Below are positions 27,716 to 36,271 of a DNA stretch of 64,000 nucleotides, in pieces. Made by a program: the position numbers and the translations under genes. Origin of the DNA: a virus; the IMG/VR virus record IMGVR_UViG_3300032783_000063, positions 37,306-101,305 of that record, one strand, 5' to 3'. How positions within the stretch are numbered: the first letter of the stretch is position 1; every line of letters begins with the position of its first letter. Below the pieces are notes generated by a model. It saw only the letters and a program-made list of their open reading frames with translations. It was not told the DNA's origin and ran no database searches.

Positions 27716-27826
27716 AATTAGCCGACGCTAATTCCAAAATAATTGCGTTTCCATGTGTCACCGCTCCAGCGTGCTCCACAGTGCCTGATAGAGTTGCACT
27801 ACTCCACAGATTATCAACTCTAGGCA
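27716..27826. promoter_or_regulatory. AT-rich inverted repeats upstream of recombinase (candidate res/recombination site)
   Basis: AATTAGC-CGAC-GCTAATT (27716-27733); TAGAGTTG-18nt-CAACTCTA (27789-27822) flanked by TGCC/GGCA. Confidence 0.45.
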
Positions 27827-27841
27827 TTTGGAGGTGCCCGG

Positions 27842-28453
27842 ATGAGCCCAAGACCACCACCTAAACGTAGATACCCTATCGAACCACTCACAGCAGGCGA
27901 AGTTAAGCTTCTGATGCGACAGTTCTCAACTACGACCGCAACGGGTATCAGGAACAGAGCACTCATAACAGTGATGTACCGCTCAGGACTGCGCATCTCG
28001 GAAGCGCTCGCGCTGAAGCCAGCCGACGTTGACCCGAAACAGGGATCAATCAGGGTCCTGCATGGCAAGGGCGACAAGAGCCGCGTCGTCTCCATTGACG
28101 ACGACGCGCTCGCTGTCGTACAGCGCTGGATGGACCGCCGCAAGATCGCCCGCATCAGAAACGGCTACCTGTTCTGCACCCTCCAGGGCGCAGACATCAA
28201 AGGCAGCTACGTCAGGGCAATGCTGAAGAGACAAGCGGAGAGGGCAGGGATCACCAAGCGGATCCACCCCCACGGCCTGAGACATTCCCACGCCGCCGAG
28301 CTCGTCGCCGAAGGCGTACCCGTCAACGTGATCCAGCAGCAACTTGGGCACGCCCACCTATCCACCACTGACGTCTACCTGCGGCACGTAGCCCCGGCAG
28401 ACGTGATCGCCATCGGCCGCAACCGCACATGGAACCTGGAGGACGAAGCGTGA
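27842..28453 (+). CDS. short tyrosine recombinase (catalytic domain only; FimB/resolvase-like)
   Basis: RNRALI.VMYRSGLRISE, KGDKSR, HPHGLRHS, LGH, Y; 203 aa, no arm- or core-binding domain. Confidence 0.9.
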   Translation: MSPRPPPKRRYPIEPLTAGEVKLLMRQFSTTTATGIRNRALITVMYRSGLRISEALALKPADVDPKQGSIRVLHGKGDKSRVVSIDDDALAVVQRWMDRRKIARIRNGYLFCTLQGADIKGSYVRAMLKRQAERAGITKRIHPHGLRHSHAAELVAEGVPVNVIQQQLGHAHLSTTDVYLRHVAPADVIAIGRNRTWNLEDEA

Positions 28454-28674
28454 ATGGCATCCGCACCGACGCACACGCTCTGCCGTACGAGGACAGGGCT
28501 GTCACATTCATCCGCTGGCTGCCCGGCCGCAAGCTTGACGCCTGCGACGATCGAGCCACCAAGCGCGAATGGCTCACGCTGGGCGAGAGCCTGTTCGCGG
28601 CGTGGACCGGCCGCTACACCTCTGACATCTTCGTCGTAGACAGAGCAGCCGCCCGACGATGCCTGAAAATGTGA
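28450..28674 (+). CDS. hypothetical protein
   Basis: GTGA overlap with recombinase. Confidence 0.5.
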   Translation: MNGIRTDAHALPYEDRAVTFIRWLPGRKLDACDDRATKREWLTLGESLFAAWTGRYTSDIFVVDRAAARRCLKM

Positions 28675-28692
28675 CGCAGACACGGGCTCGCC

Positions 28693-28851
28693 CTAGATCC
28701 ATGCGTGGAGTCCGGCGGTGGCGGTCACCACCAGCACGATGAGCACGAACCTTGCTGCGGCCGCGTTGGAGCTGATGGCGTAGCGGACGACGGTCCACAG
28801 GTTTTCGTGGCGGGCCGGCGTGCGGCTTTCGCCGGTTCGGTTAGCCTTCAT
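28693..28851 (-). CDS. small membrane peptide (52 aa)
   Basis: RBS GAGGAGG; C-terminal TM helix. Confidence 0.6.
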   Translation of the reverse strand: MKANRTGESRTPARHENLWTVVRYAISSNAAAARFVLIVLVVTATAGLHAWI

Positions 28852-29153
28852 GGTGAGCACCCTCCTCGGGGTGAGCAGTTTCTGGTGCCCTGCCTGCGGG
28901 AACAGGCGGGGCACTGCTCTTTCTCGGGTCAAGTTACCAGCGCGTATGGCGCCGGGCCCGGTTACGTAGCGTTGATTACCGCCATCCCCGAATGGTTCGC
29001 GGAACCCGGGCGGGGGGCATGGGACTTTAGTCCTGTCTTTCGCGTCTGCCCTAGGGGTGGTGTCGTACACCATGCTGGGGGATCATGAGGGCGGCAGCGG
29101 TTGCTGTCGTACACCAAGCGGGCGCCGTGAGGGGCGCCGCGGGGAGGACCGCG

Positions 29154-29372
29154 ATGGTTGAGTGGGATGCGTCTGGGCAGTTACCGGCACCGCCGGCGCC
29201 GGTGTCGCTGACGGTGGCCGTGGCTGCGTTTCGGGCGGTGGTGTCGGGGGATGTTGAACGGGACTGCGGGGAACTGCGGGAGCACGTGGCGTTCCTGGAG
29301 CGGCTGCTGCCTGATGCCGGGCAGGAGGCGGTGCGGGCGAAGTTCGGGAACCTGCTGGGGCACCGCGGCTGA
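29154..29372 (+). CDS. hypothetical protein
   Basis: RBS GGAGG; followed by terminator. Confidence 0.5.
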   Translation: MVEWDASGQLPAPPAPVSLTVAVAAFRAVVSGDVERDCGELREHVAFLERLLPDAGQEAVRAKFGNLLGHRG

Positions 29373-29385
29373 CGTGCGGGTGAGC

Positions 29386-29420
29386 GAGGCCCCCGGCCGG
29401 TTACCCGGGCCGGGGGCCTC
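29386..29420 (+). terminator. rho-independent terminator
   Basis: GAGGCCCCCGGCC / GGCCGGGGGCCTC stem followed by TGCATTTT. Confidence 0.65.
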
Positions 29421-29909
29421 TGCATTTTGCATGCGGTGTGTAAACCGCGTGTTTGTGTCGGGCGTCACATAGGTGTGGGGATGATCTGGCTGGGGGAGCG
29501 TACCCCGGCGCGGCACAGGCGGCGCAGGGTGCGGCATGCAGTCCGGGTCGTGCGAGGGTGGTGCTGGCCCGGCCGCGGGGGACAGGCCGGGCCAGCGGTG
29601 CCGTTCCACCTGCTGGCTCCGTCCCGGGAGCTCACGTCAACAGTGGGGCAGTCCGCAGACTACGTCAAGGTGCTGCCAGTATCACCATCTGGTGATAGTT
29701 CGCAGAAACGCGCGTCGTGATCGACTGGTCACGGCTAGCGTTTCCGGGCACAGGGCATCGGGTCCTGGCTGTGCGCTCTCTTAGGTTTCCCCGGGGGCAG
29801 GGCGGCCTGGGCCCTTGCCCTTCCAGTTCCGGTAGGCTCCCGTCGCTTGCGTTACGGGGACCGTCTCGGTTAGCTGGCGCTGTCTGGGGGTTCCGGCAGC
29901 GGCGGTGAG

Positions 29910-29952
29910 GGTCGCGGTGTGCCCGGCTAGGACTGGGGGGCACACCGCGACC
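29910..29952. other. perfect 15-bp hairpin
   Basis: GGTCGCGGTGTGCCC / GGGCACACCGCGACC. Confidence 0.7.
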
Positions 29953-30181
29953 GCACTTTACGTAACCCGACGGTTACAGTCGGTTCGCTCAAAGCTGTGG
30001 CGGCCCCCGGCCGGGCGGCATTACCGTGTCATGTATGACACGTATGCCCGGCCGGCTGCTCCCGCTGCCGGGCCGGTTACCGGACGTTTCGTATTCTGCT
30101 GGCAGGCATCGCGGCCGGCAGCAGCCCGCAGACCGGGTGCTGCGCGCGCTCACCTGGCGGCCGTCCCGGCGCGAAGGGTTC

Positions 30182-30385
30182 GTGTTGACGGAAACATATG
30201 AGGAGTGGCAGCAGCGGAAGCTGGAGGCTTCCCATCCGGGGTGGGAGATCAAGGTGACGTCGGATCGGGCGACGGCGCACCGGGGCGGGGATTTCCTGAC
30301 GGCCCCGACGGCGGTGGAGTTACGGATCATGCTGGACCAGGCTGCGTCGGAGGACGCGTGGAAAGAGGACTGGCGGCTGTGGTGA
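30182..30385 (+). CDS. hypothetical protein
   Basis: LEASHPGWEI...LTAPT..EL motif, similar to 32414-32671. Confidence 0.5.
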   Translation: MLTETYEEWQQRKLEASHPGWEIKVTSDRATAHRGGDFLTAPTAVELRIMLDQAASEDAWKEDWRLW

Positions 30386-30427
30386 GCCTTCAGGGCTGGT
30401 GCTGCTTAGACATGCGGAGGCGCCGGC

Positions 30428-31276
30428 ATGAGTGATGTCCCGTTCCCGGATCAGGTGAGCGGCGTGGGGCCGATGGACGGCGGGACGCTGGACGGGACCG
30501 TTCGGGCGCCCAGGCTGCCCGCAGCGGGCAGGTCGCAGCCGGTGGACATTTCCCGGCTGCACCCGCACCCGGATAACATCCGCGAGGATCTCGGGGACCT
30601 GGAGGACATGGCGGCGTCGATCCGCGTGCACGGGATCCTGCAGGCGCTCGTGGTCGTCCCGCATCCGTCCCGGGCAGGTCATTACCATGTTCTCGCCGGG
30701 CACCGGCGCCTGGCTGCGGCCAGGCTGGCGGGGCTGGCGGACGTGCCGGTCACTGTCCGCCAGGCTGACATCGGCGTGTCGAAAGCCGTGCAGGTGATGC
30801 TGATCGAGAACTGTCAGCGTGAGGATCTGGGCCCGGTGGAGAAGGCCGAGGCGATGGGGAAGCTCGTCTCGGGGGGCATGTCGCAGGTGCAGATCGCGAA
30901 GGCTATCGGGATGTCTGATACGACGGTGTCCACGTATCTGGCTCTGCTGGAGCTAGACCGGGCGACGCAGCGGCGGGTGGCTGCGGGGATGGTCCCGGTG
31001 ATGGATGCGGTGCGGGCGGTGCGGAAGACCCGGGCGGCGAGCCGGTCGCGGGACGGCGGGGCGGACCGTAACAAGGCGATGGCGCTGACGTGGGAGCCGG
31101 ATCATTTCACTGACCGGCATCCGCTGGCCCGGAAGGCGAGAGCGATGTGTGACGCACGGGAGCATAACGCGCGGCGGCGGCTTGGCCGGGTGGCGTGCGG
31201 GGAGTGCTGGGAAACGGTGATCCGCCGTGATGAGCAGCTGGTTGTCCGGGCGGGGATGCTGGAGGGCGGCCTTTAG
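30428..31276 (+). CDS. ParB/RepB/Spo0J-family protein
   Basis: LHPHPDNIR...SIRVHGILQALVV...GHRRLAAA...ENCQREDL.PVEKA + HTH. Confidence 0.9.
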   Translation: MSDVPFPDQVSGVGPMDGGTLDGTVRAPRLPAAGRSQPVDISRLHPHPDNIREDLGDLEDMAASIRVHGILQALVVVPHPSRAGHYHVLAGHRRLAAARLAGLADVPVTVRQADIGVSKAVQVMLIENCQREDLGPVEKAEAMGKLVSGGMSQVQIAKAIGMSDTTVSTYLALLELDRATQRRVAAGMVPVMDAVRAVRKTRAASRSRDGGADRNKAMALTWEPDHFTDRHPLARKARAMCDAREHNARRRLGRVACGECWETVIRRDEQLVVRAGMLEGGL

Positions 31277-31618
31277 GCTGGCGCGGCGGCGCGCGGTTCC
31301 AACCAGGTAACTCACATATGGCTGGAGCGCAAGTCCATGCACTCCGCGTGTCGCCGTCGCCTTCCCGTGTTACTGGCGTGCCAAGTGATACCTTCCCCTA
31401 GTTGCAGCGTGTGACGACGCTCGACACGTACCGCTATCGTGGCCGTTCAGCAGGGGGAAGGCATCGTCTGTGTTTCACCGCCGCCACCGGGATCAGCTCA
31501 TCGTCCAGCTCGCAGGCCAGCTCGCCGACTCCCGTGCCCGTGAAGCCAAGATGGCTGAGCGGCTCGAGTGGTTTGAGGCAGCTCTGGCGGACACGCCGTT
31601 CGCCAGAGCCGGGGCCGG

Positions 31619-31975
31619 TCAGCCGGTGCGCCGACCGCCGCTGGCTGTCGTACACCGTTCGGCCAGGTAAGCGTCCCAGAGAATGGCGACGCGCTCGTCC
31701 AGGCTGAGTTCCCGCGGCGGGGCGTCGTCCTGATGCGGCGGCGGGGCGAGGCCGAGGGCGAGACGGACGTCTGCCTCGGCGCCGGTGACACGGGCCATGG
31801 CCAGGATGGTGGCCTGGCGGCCGCAGCCGGTGCGGATGACTTTCCGCCAGCCGGCGGGGGTGATGCCGGCGCGGCGGGCGGCTTCGGCGAGGGTGAGCAT
31901 GGGCACGTGGCGGCGGAGTGCGGTGTCGATGATAACCGTGGCCGCACGTGTGGCATTTACGTCTTCTCTGGACAT
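31619..31975 (-). CDS. putative immunity repressor (HTH)
   Basis: LTLAEAARRAGITPAGWRKV; divergent from Cro-like gene. Confidence 0.65.
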   Translation of the reverse strand: MSREDVNATRAATVIIDTALRRHVPMLTLAEAARRAGITPAGWRKVIRTGCGRQATILAMARVTGAEADVRLALGLAPPPHQDDAPPRELSLDERVAILWDAYLAERCTTASGGRRTG

Positions 31976-32090
31976 CTCACACAGTATGGCATACCTGGCT
32001 GACAGTGTGCGGGCGTAACGCGCCGAAACTTTCCGCGACACGTTGCCGAACGTTGCCCCATGTCAGCGAAAGTACGCTAGAGTTAGCAAC

Positions 32091-32327
32091 GTGCAGCTAC
32101 TAGTGAACGCCGAGGCGCTGACGGCGATCCGCAGCAAGGACGGCCAGTCCATGGCGCAGCTTGCCCGCGGTGCGGGCATCAGCCGCCAGTACCTCAACGA
32201 CATCGAGAAAAAAAGGCGCAGCGCCGGGCCCGCCGTCCGCAGACGTCTCGCCCTGGCCCTCAACGTCCCCGTCTCGGCGATCGAGGCACAGGTCATTGAC
32301 GTGCGAAAACAGGACGATGCTGCATGA
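32091..32327 (+). CDS. Cro/XRE HTH protein
   Basis: ALTAIRSKDGQSMAQLARGAGISRQYLNDIEKKRR...LALALNVP. Confidence 0.8.
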   Translation: MQLLVNAEALTAIRSKDGQSMAQLARGAGISRQYLNDIEKKRRSAGPAVRRRLALALNVPVSAIEAQVIDVRKQDDAA

Positions 32328-32413
32328 CCGGCAACATGCCCTGAACGCACTGCGGGCCGCCCCGGTGGTGCGAGGCGACCCGGCACATCTTCAAGCAAGG
32401 GAGCACGAAGAAT

Positions 32414-32671
32414 ATGCAGGACAATCCTAACAGCGATCTTCGGCACCTGCACGAGCCATCGCTCGCCGCCGAATACAAGGCCATCGAGGCCGAGTTCCCG
32501 GGGTGGCATATCTGGGCCACCGCAGAGAACACATATGCGGTACGGTCCCGGCCCGGCTGGTGCGGGTGCACCGTCTACGCGGCGGACGTGCCGGGGATCC
32601 GGACGGCGATCGCCGAGCAGATACACGAGTGGGCACTGCTCGAGGCCCGCAGAGCATGGGCGGCGGCATGA
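32414..32671 (+). CDS. hypothetical protein
   Basis: RBS AAGGGAG; AEFPGWHIW motif. Confidence 0.6.
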   Translation: MQDNPNSDLRHLHEPSLAAEYKAIEAEFPGWHIWATAENTYAVRSRPGWCGCTVYAADVPGIRTAIAEQIHEWALLEARRAWAAA

Positions 32672-32983
32672 TCTGCGACGACGTGATGGCTGCCCGCCCT
32701 GACCTGGCTTACCTGGCGGACCCGGACGCGGTGCGCCCGGCGACCGTCGGCGAGGCCGCCGAATACGCGCGGCGCGCCACCGACCCGGCATGGGCTGGCC
32801 TTTACGTCTACACCGTCCCGGAAATCGAAGAGAGGGGGAAGCCGTGACGCTGACATATGTGCTCGTGGTGCTGGTCCTGGTCGTCCTGACCGCCAGTTTC
32901 ATGATCTTCCGGCGAAGACGGTGGGGTGAAGGCGACCTGCTCGCCGTGGCCCGCGCCGCCGGGGTAGCCCGGGAGGAGCGGTC

Positions 32984-33334
32984 ATGACGGTCATCGACCT
33001 GCACACTCCCGCCACCGAGCTCGTGGCCGCGGACCTGCTCGAAGACGAAGCTGCCCGGTGGGAAACCGGCGACCCGCTGCCCCCGGTGGTGCGGCGGATC
33101 GCAGGTCCCCGGCTCGACGCCGGGGACCTGACAGAACTGTGGGCCTACTACGCCGAAACCGCCCGGGCTCGCGACCAGCTCCTCTCCTGCCCCGGCGACT
33201 GGCGGCTGTACTACACCGCTGAGGAACTCGGCTACGGCGACCACCAGGAAACCGCGATCGACCTGAAAGCCGCCGAGGCGGACTGGGCCCGCACCGTCAT
33301 CCAGTTCGGCCACTACGGGAGGGACGGACGATGA
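32984..33334 (+). CDS. hypothetical protein
   Basis: Coupled ORF. Confidence 0.55.
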   Translation: MTVIDLHTPATELVAADLLEDEAARWETGDPLPPVVRRIAGPRLDAGDLTELWAYYAETARARDQLLSCPGDWRLYYTAEELGYGDHQETAIDLKAAEADWARTVIQFGHYGRDGR

Positions 33335-34026
33335 CCGACACCAAGCCCACCGGGATCACCGCCGTATTGCAGCGGCCGTTCCCGCCCAACGAGATCGGCA
33401 AGCTGCCCCGCGGCGGCGCCATGCTCGACTACGTCGGCCACGCGGACGTGACCCGGCGGCTGCTCGAGGCGGACCCGGAGTGGAACTGGGAGCCGCTGGC
33501 CACTGATGACCACGGGCTTCCGGTGTTCGACTGCGGGCAGAACGGCCAGCCAGTCGGGCTGTGGATCAGGCTGACGGTCGGCGGGTTCACCCGGCTGGGT
33601 TACGGGTCGGTGCCGGCGAACCAGAACGACGCAGTGAAAGTCCTGATCGGCGACGCCCTCCGGAACGCTGCTATGAGGTTCGGGGTGGCTCTGGACTTGT
33701 GGGCCAAGGGCGACCGCGCCGACCCGACCGCAGAGAACGCGACCGCACCGGGCGGGCCGCGGGTCCAGGCAGCCCGGTCACCGCGCCGCCCGAAGCGTGC
33801 CGAGGTGAAAGCCCCCGACGGCGCCGAGACGGACCTTGAATGGATGGGGCACATGGTCGACAGCCTGATCCCCGCCGCGACCACCCGCGACGAGCTCAAC
33901 TCTTTCTGGGCGGCTGTGGACAAGCATGTTCTCGCCGGCGAATGCACAGACGAGCATGCAGTGCAGGTCAAGGCGATAGTGAAGGAACGCGCCCGCGAGC
34001 TCGGCCTCGACAAGGCGGCAGCGTGA
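33331..34026 (+). CDS. Rad52/Sak-like ssDNA annealing protein
   Basis: LQRPFP...LDYVGHADVTRRL...W.W...K..IGDALRNAAMRFGVALDLW. Confidence 0.8.
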   Translation: MTDTKPTGITAVLQRPFPPNEIGKLPRGGAMLDYVGHADVTRRLLEADPEWNWEPLATDDHGLPVFDCGQNGQPVGLWIRLTVGGFTRLGYGSVPANQNDAVKVLIGDALRNAAMRFGVALDLWAKGDRADPTAENATAPGGPRVQAARSPRRPKRAEVKAPDGAETDLEWMGHMVDSLIPAATTRDELNSFWAAVDKHVLAGECTDEHAVQVKAIVKERARELGLDKAAA

Positions 34027-34583
34027 TGTTCACCCTGAACGGTTACCCGTCGGCGTGGCTGGACCCCGACCATGTACGGCTGGCCATGTACCGGTCCTGG
34101 TGGGACCAGGGCGAGCCGGCGAACCGGGACCCGATAGCCGTGGACCTGTGGCTGGACGCCGGGCCCGTCCCTTTCCCCTGCGCAACGACGGAGGCAGTGT
34201 CATGACCGGACGCCACGGCGACGGCCCGCAAGGATACGAACGCCACGACTGGTACGCCGACTACCGGTGCATCTGCGGCCACATCGTGTATGCGAATGAC
34301 ACGCCGGGTGAGCCGTGCCAGTTCTGCGCCTGCCAGTCGCACACCGCGCCGGCCGCGCCGATCGCGGGTGCGGCATGACGTCGCCGACCGTGTACGAGGC
34401 GAAACGGCGGATCCTCCGCGCCGCCCTCGACGTCCTCCGCTACGAACAGGACCTCGCCGACGACACACCGCCGCTGGCGCACCTGAAGCGAGCGGAGGAT
34501 GCGATGGCGCTGGCCGCCCGTGACCTCACGCAGGCAATCGACGCGCTGCCTGTCGTACAGCACCCGAAAGGCTGGGCAGCCTG

Positions 34584-34886
34584 ATGCGACGCACGCCACT
34601 CCGACACGTCTCAGCCAGGCGGGCGAAGGCCAACCGGGAACGCGCAGCCACAGTGAAAGCCCTGTGGCCTGCGCGGCCCTGGTGTGCAATGCCCGGCTGC
34701 CCCCTCCCCGCCGACGACGTCCACGAGCCCCTTACCCGGGCACGCGGCGGGTCGATCGTGGACCCGGAGAACATGCGGCCCCTGTGCCGTGCTCACCACC
34801 ACTGGGTCACGGTCAGCGAACCCCAGGCCGCTTACGACCTCGGCCTGCTCCGGCACTCCTGGGACCACGGAGGCGACGCAGCGTGA
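34584..34886 (+). CDS. HNH endonuclease
   Basis: CAMPGC...DVHE..TRARGG...NMRPLCRAHH. Confidence 0.75.
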   Translation: MRRTPLRHVSARRAKANRERAATVKALWPARPWCAMPGCPLPADDVHEPLTRARGGSIVDPENMRPLCRAHHHWVTVSEPQAAYDLGLLRHSWDHGGDAA

Positions 34887-35088
34887 TCTACCTCATCGAC
34901 ACGGTCATGGTCGCGTCCATCGCCTTCGTCATCTACCTCCTCCTCACCTGGCACCATCCCGTCGCCGCCCCCGAACTGCGGGAAGACGGCAGGCCCCTCA
35001 CCGACACCGAGAAACGCGCCTACGCGGCCATCTGCCAGACCTTCGACTACGAGTCAGCCCGGGACCCGCACCAGGACAGGAGACGACG

Positions 35089-35463
35089 ATGAGCGACCAT
35101 CCGCATGAACAGTGCGCGACCTGCCTCGCAGCCGCCTACGCCGCGAACGTCGCCCCCATCGACGAGCCCATGCACACCCCGGGCCCGGCACACCCCGCCT
35201 GGCGCGGCCTCACCGACATCCAGGTGTACGACACTTTCGCCGCCCTCGCCAAGGAGCTGACAGCAGTGCCCGACCCGATCGACTTCCCGCCGCTCCTCAC
35301 CCCCGCTGAGGTGGCCGCCATGTTCCACGTCAACCCCAAGACCGTCACCCGCTGGGCCGCCACCGGACGGCTCTCCTCCATCCGCACACCCGGGAACCAG
35401 CGACGCTACCTCGCCGACGAAATCCAGGCATTCCTCGACAGCAAGACCACCGAGCAGTCATGA
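35089..35463 (+). CDS. bldC: BldC-like MerR-family HTH regulator with N-terminal extension
   Basis: LLTPAEVAAMFHVNPKTVTRWAATGRLSSIRTPGNQRRY closely matches Streptomyces BldC as recalled. Confidence 0.85.
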   Translation: MSDHPHEQCATCLAAAYAANVAPIDEPMHTPGPAHPAWRGLTDIQVYDTFAALAKELTAVPDPIDFPPLLTPAEVAAMFHVNPKTVTRWAATGRLSSIRTPGNQRRYLADEIQAFLDSKTTEQS

Positions 35464-35807
35464 ACAGCCCCGTGCCGTACGAACGGCAGGTCGGCGACAG
35501 GCTCCGCGCCATCCGCGCCAGCCGCGGCCTGTCCCTCCTGGACGTCCAGGATAAATCCGGCGGCAGATGGAAGGCTGCTGCCGTCGGCACGTATGAACGC
35601 GGCGACCGGAACATCAACGTGAGAACCCTGTCCGAGCTCGCCCGGTTCTACGGCGTGCACCCGGCGGTGTTCCTGCCGGAAGGCGACGCGCCGGGACTGC
35701 CGCTGCCCGCCCTGCTGGAACTCCTCGAGGCAGCGAAGTACCTCGCGGCAGCACTGCCGGACCTGGAAACCCTCGTCGACACTGCCACGGAAGGCCCCCC
35801 GTCATGA
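35460..35807 (+). CDS. bldD: BldD DNA-binding-domain homologue lacking c-di-GMP domain
   Basis: LRAIR..RGLSL.DV..KSGGRWKA..VG.YERGDR...V..L.ELA.FYGV is the BldD N-terminal XRE signature; only 115 aa. Confidence 0.85.
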   Translation: MNSPVPYERQVGDRLRAIRASRGLSLLDVQDKSGGRWKAAAVGTYERGDRNINVRTLSELARFYGVHPAVFLPEGDAPGLPLPALLELLEAAKYLAAALPDLETLVDTATEGPPS

Positions 35808-36271
35808 CGGGCACCCACAGAACTCCGGGGCCGGCCATCGGTGAAAACCCCCTGGCCGGTCCTGGGTACACTCCTGGCCGGACCCCTTGGGGAAGTGCGG
35901 CCCGGCCAGGAAACAACATCACCCTCATGGCCACTGCCGCCGGGCGCATGAGCGAAGACGAACTCGACCAGCAAGTCCGCGGCATCCTCAAAGACCTCGA
36001 CCTCCACGGCCACCGGATCCTCCGGTTCCACCCGTGGTCCAGCAGGAAATCCGCAGCCGGCTGGCCGGACTGGGCGATGGTCGGCGCAGGCGGGTTCATG
36101 ATCCGGGAACTGAAACGGGAGAGCGAGAAACCCCGGCCGGACCAGCAGGAATGGCTGGACTGGCTGGCCGCGGCCGGGGTCGACGCAGGCGTGTGGCGGC
36201 CATCCGATTTGTACAGCGGAAGAGTCGCACGCGAACTCGCCTCGCTAGCGGGACTCGGAGATGCGGCATGA
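35804..36271 (+). CDS. VRR-NUC nuclease
   Basis: MSEDEL...GWPD...RELK......Q.EWL..L......VWRP. Confidence 0.8.
   Translation: MTGTHRTPGPAIGENPLAGPGYTPGRTPWGSAARPGNNITLMATAAGRMSEDELDQQVRGILKDLDLHGHRILRFHPWSSRKSAAGWPDWAMVGAGGFMIRELKRESEKPRPDQQEWLDWLAAAGVDAGVWRPSDLYSGRVARELASLAGLGDAA

Noticed and set aside
27842-28453. Phage integrase with attP
   Set aside because: Too short, lacks arm- and core-binding domains; no tRNA-like att core seen.
29910-29952. Rolling-circle double-strand origin
   Set aside because: The loop does not match the nick motifs I recall and there is no RCR Rep in the window.
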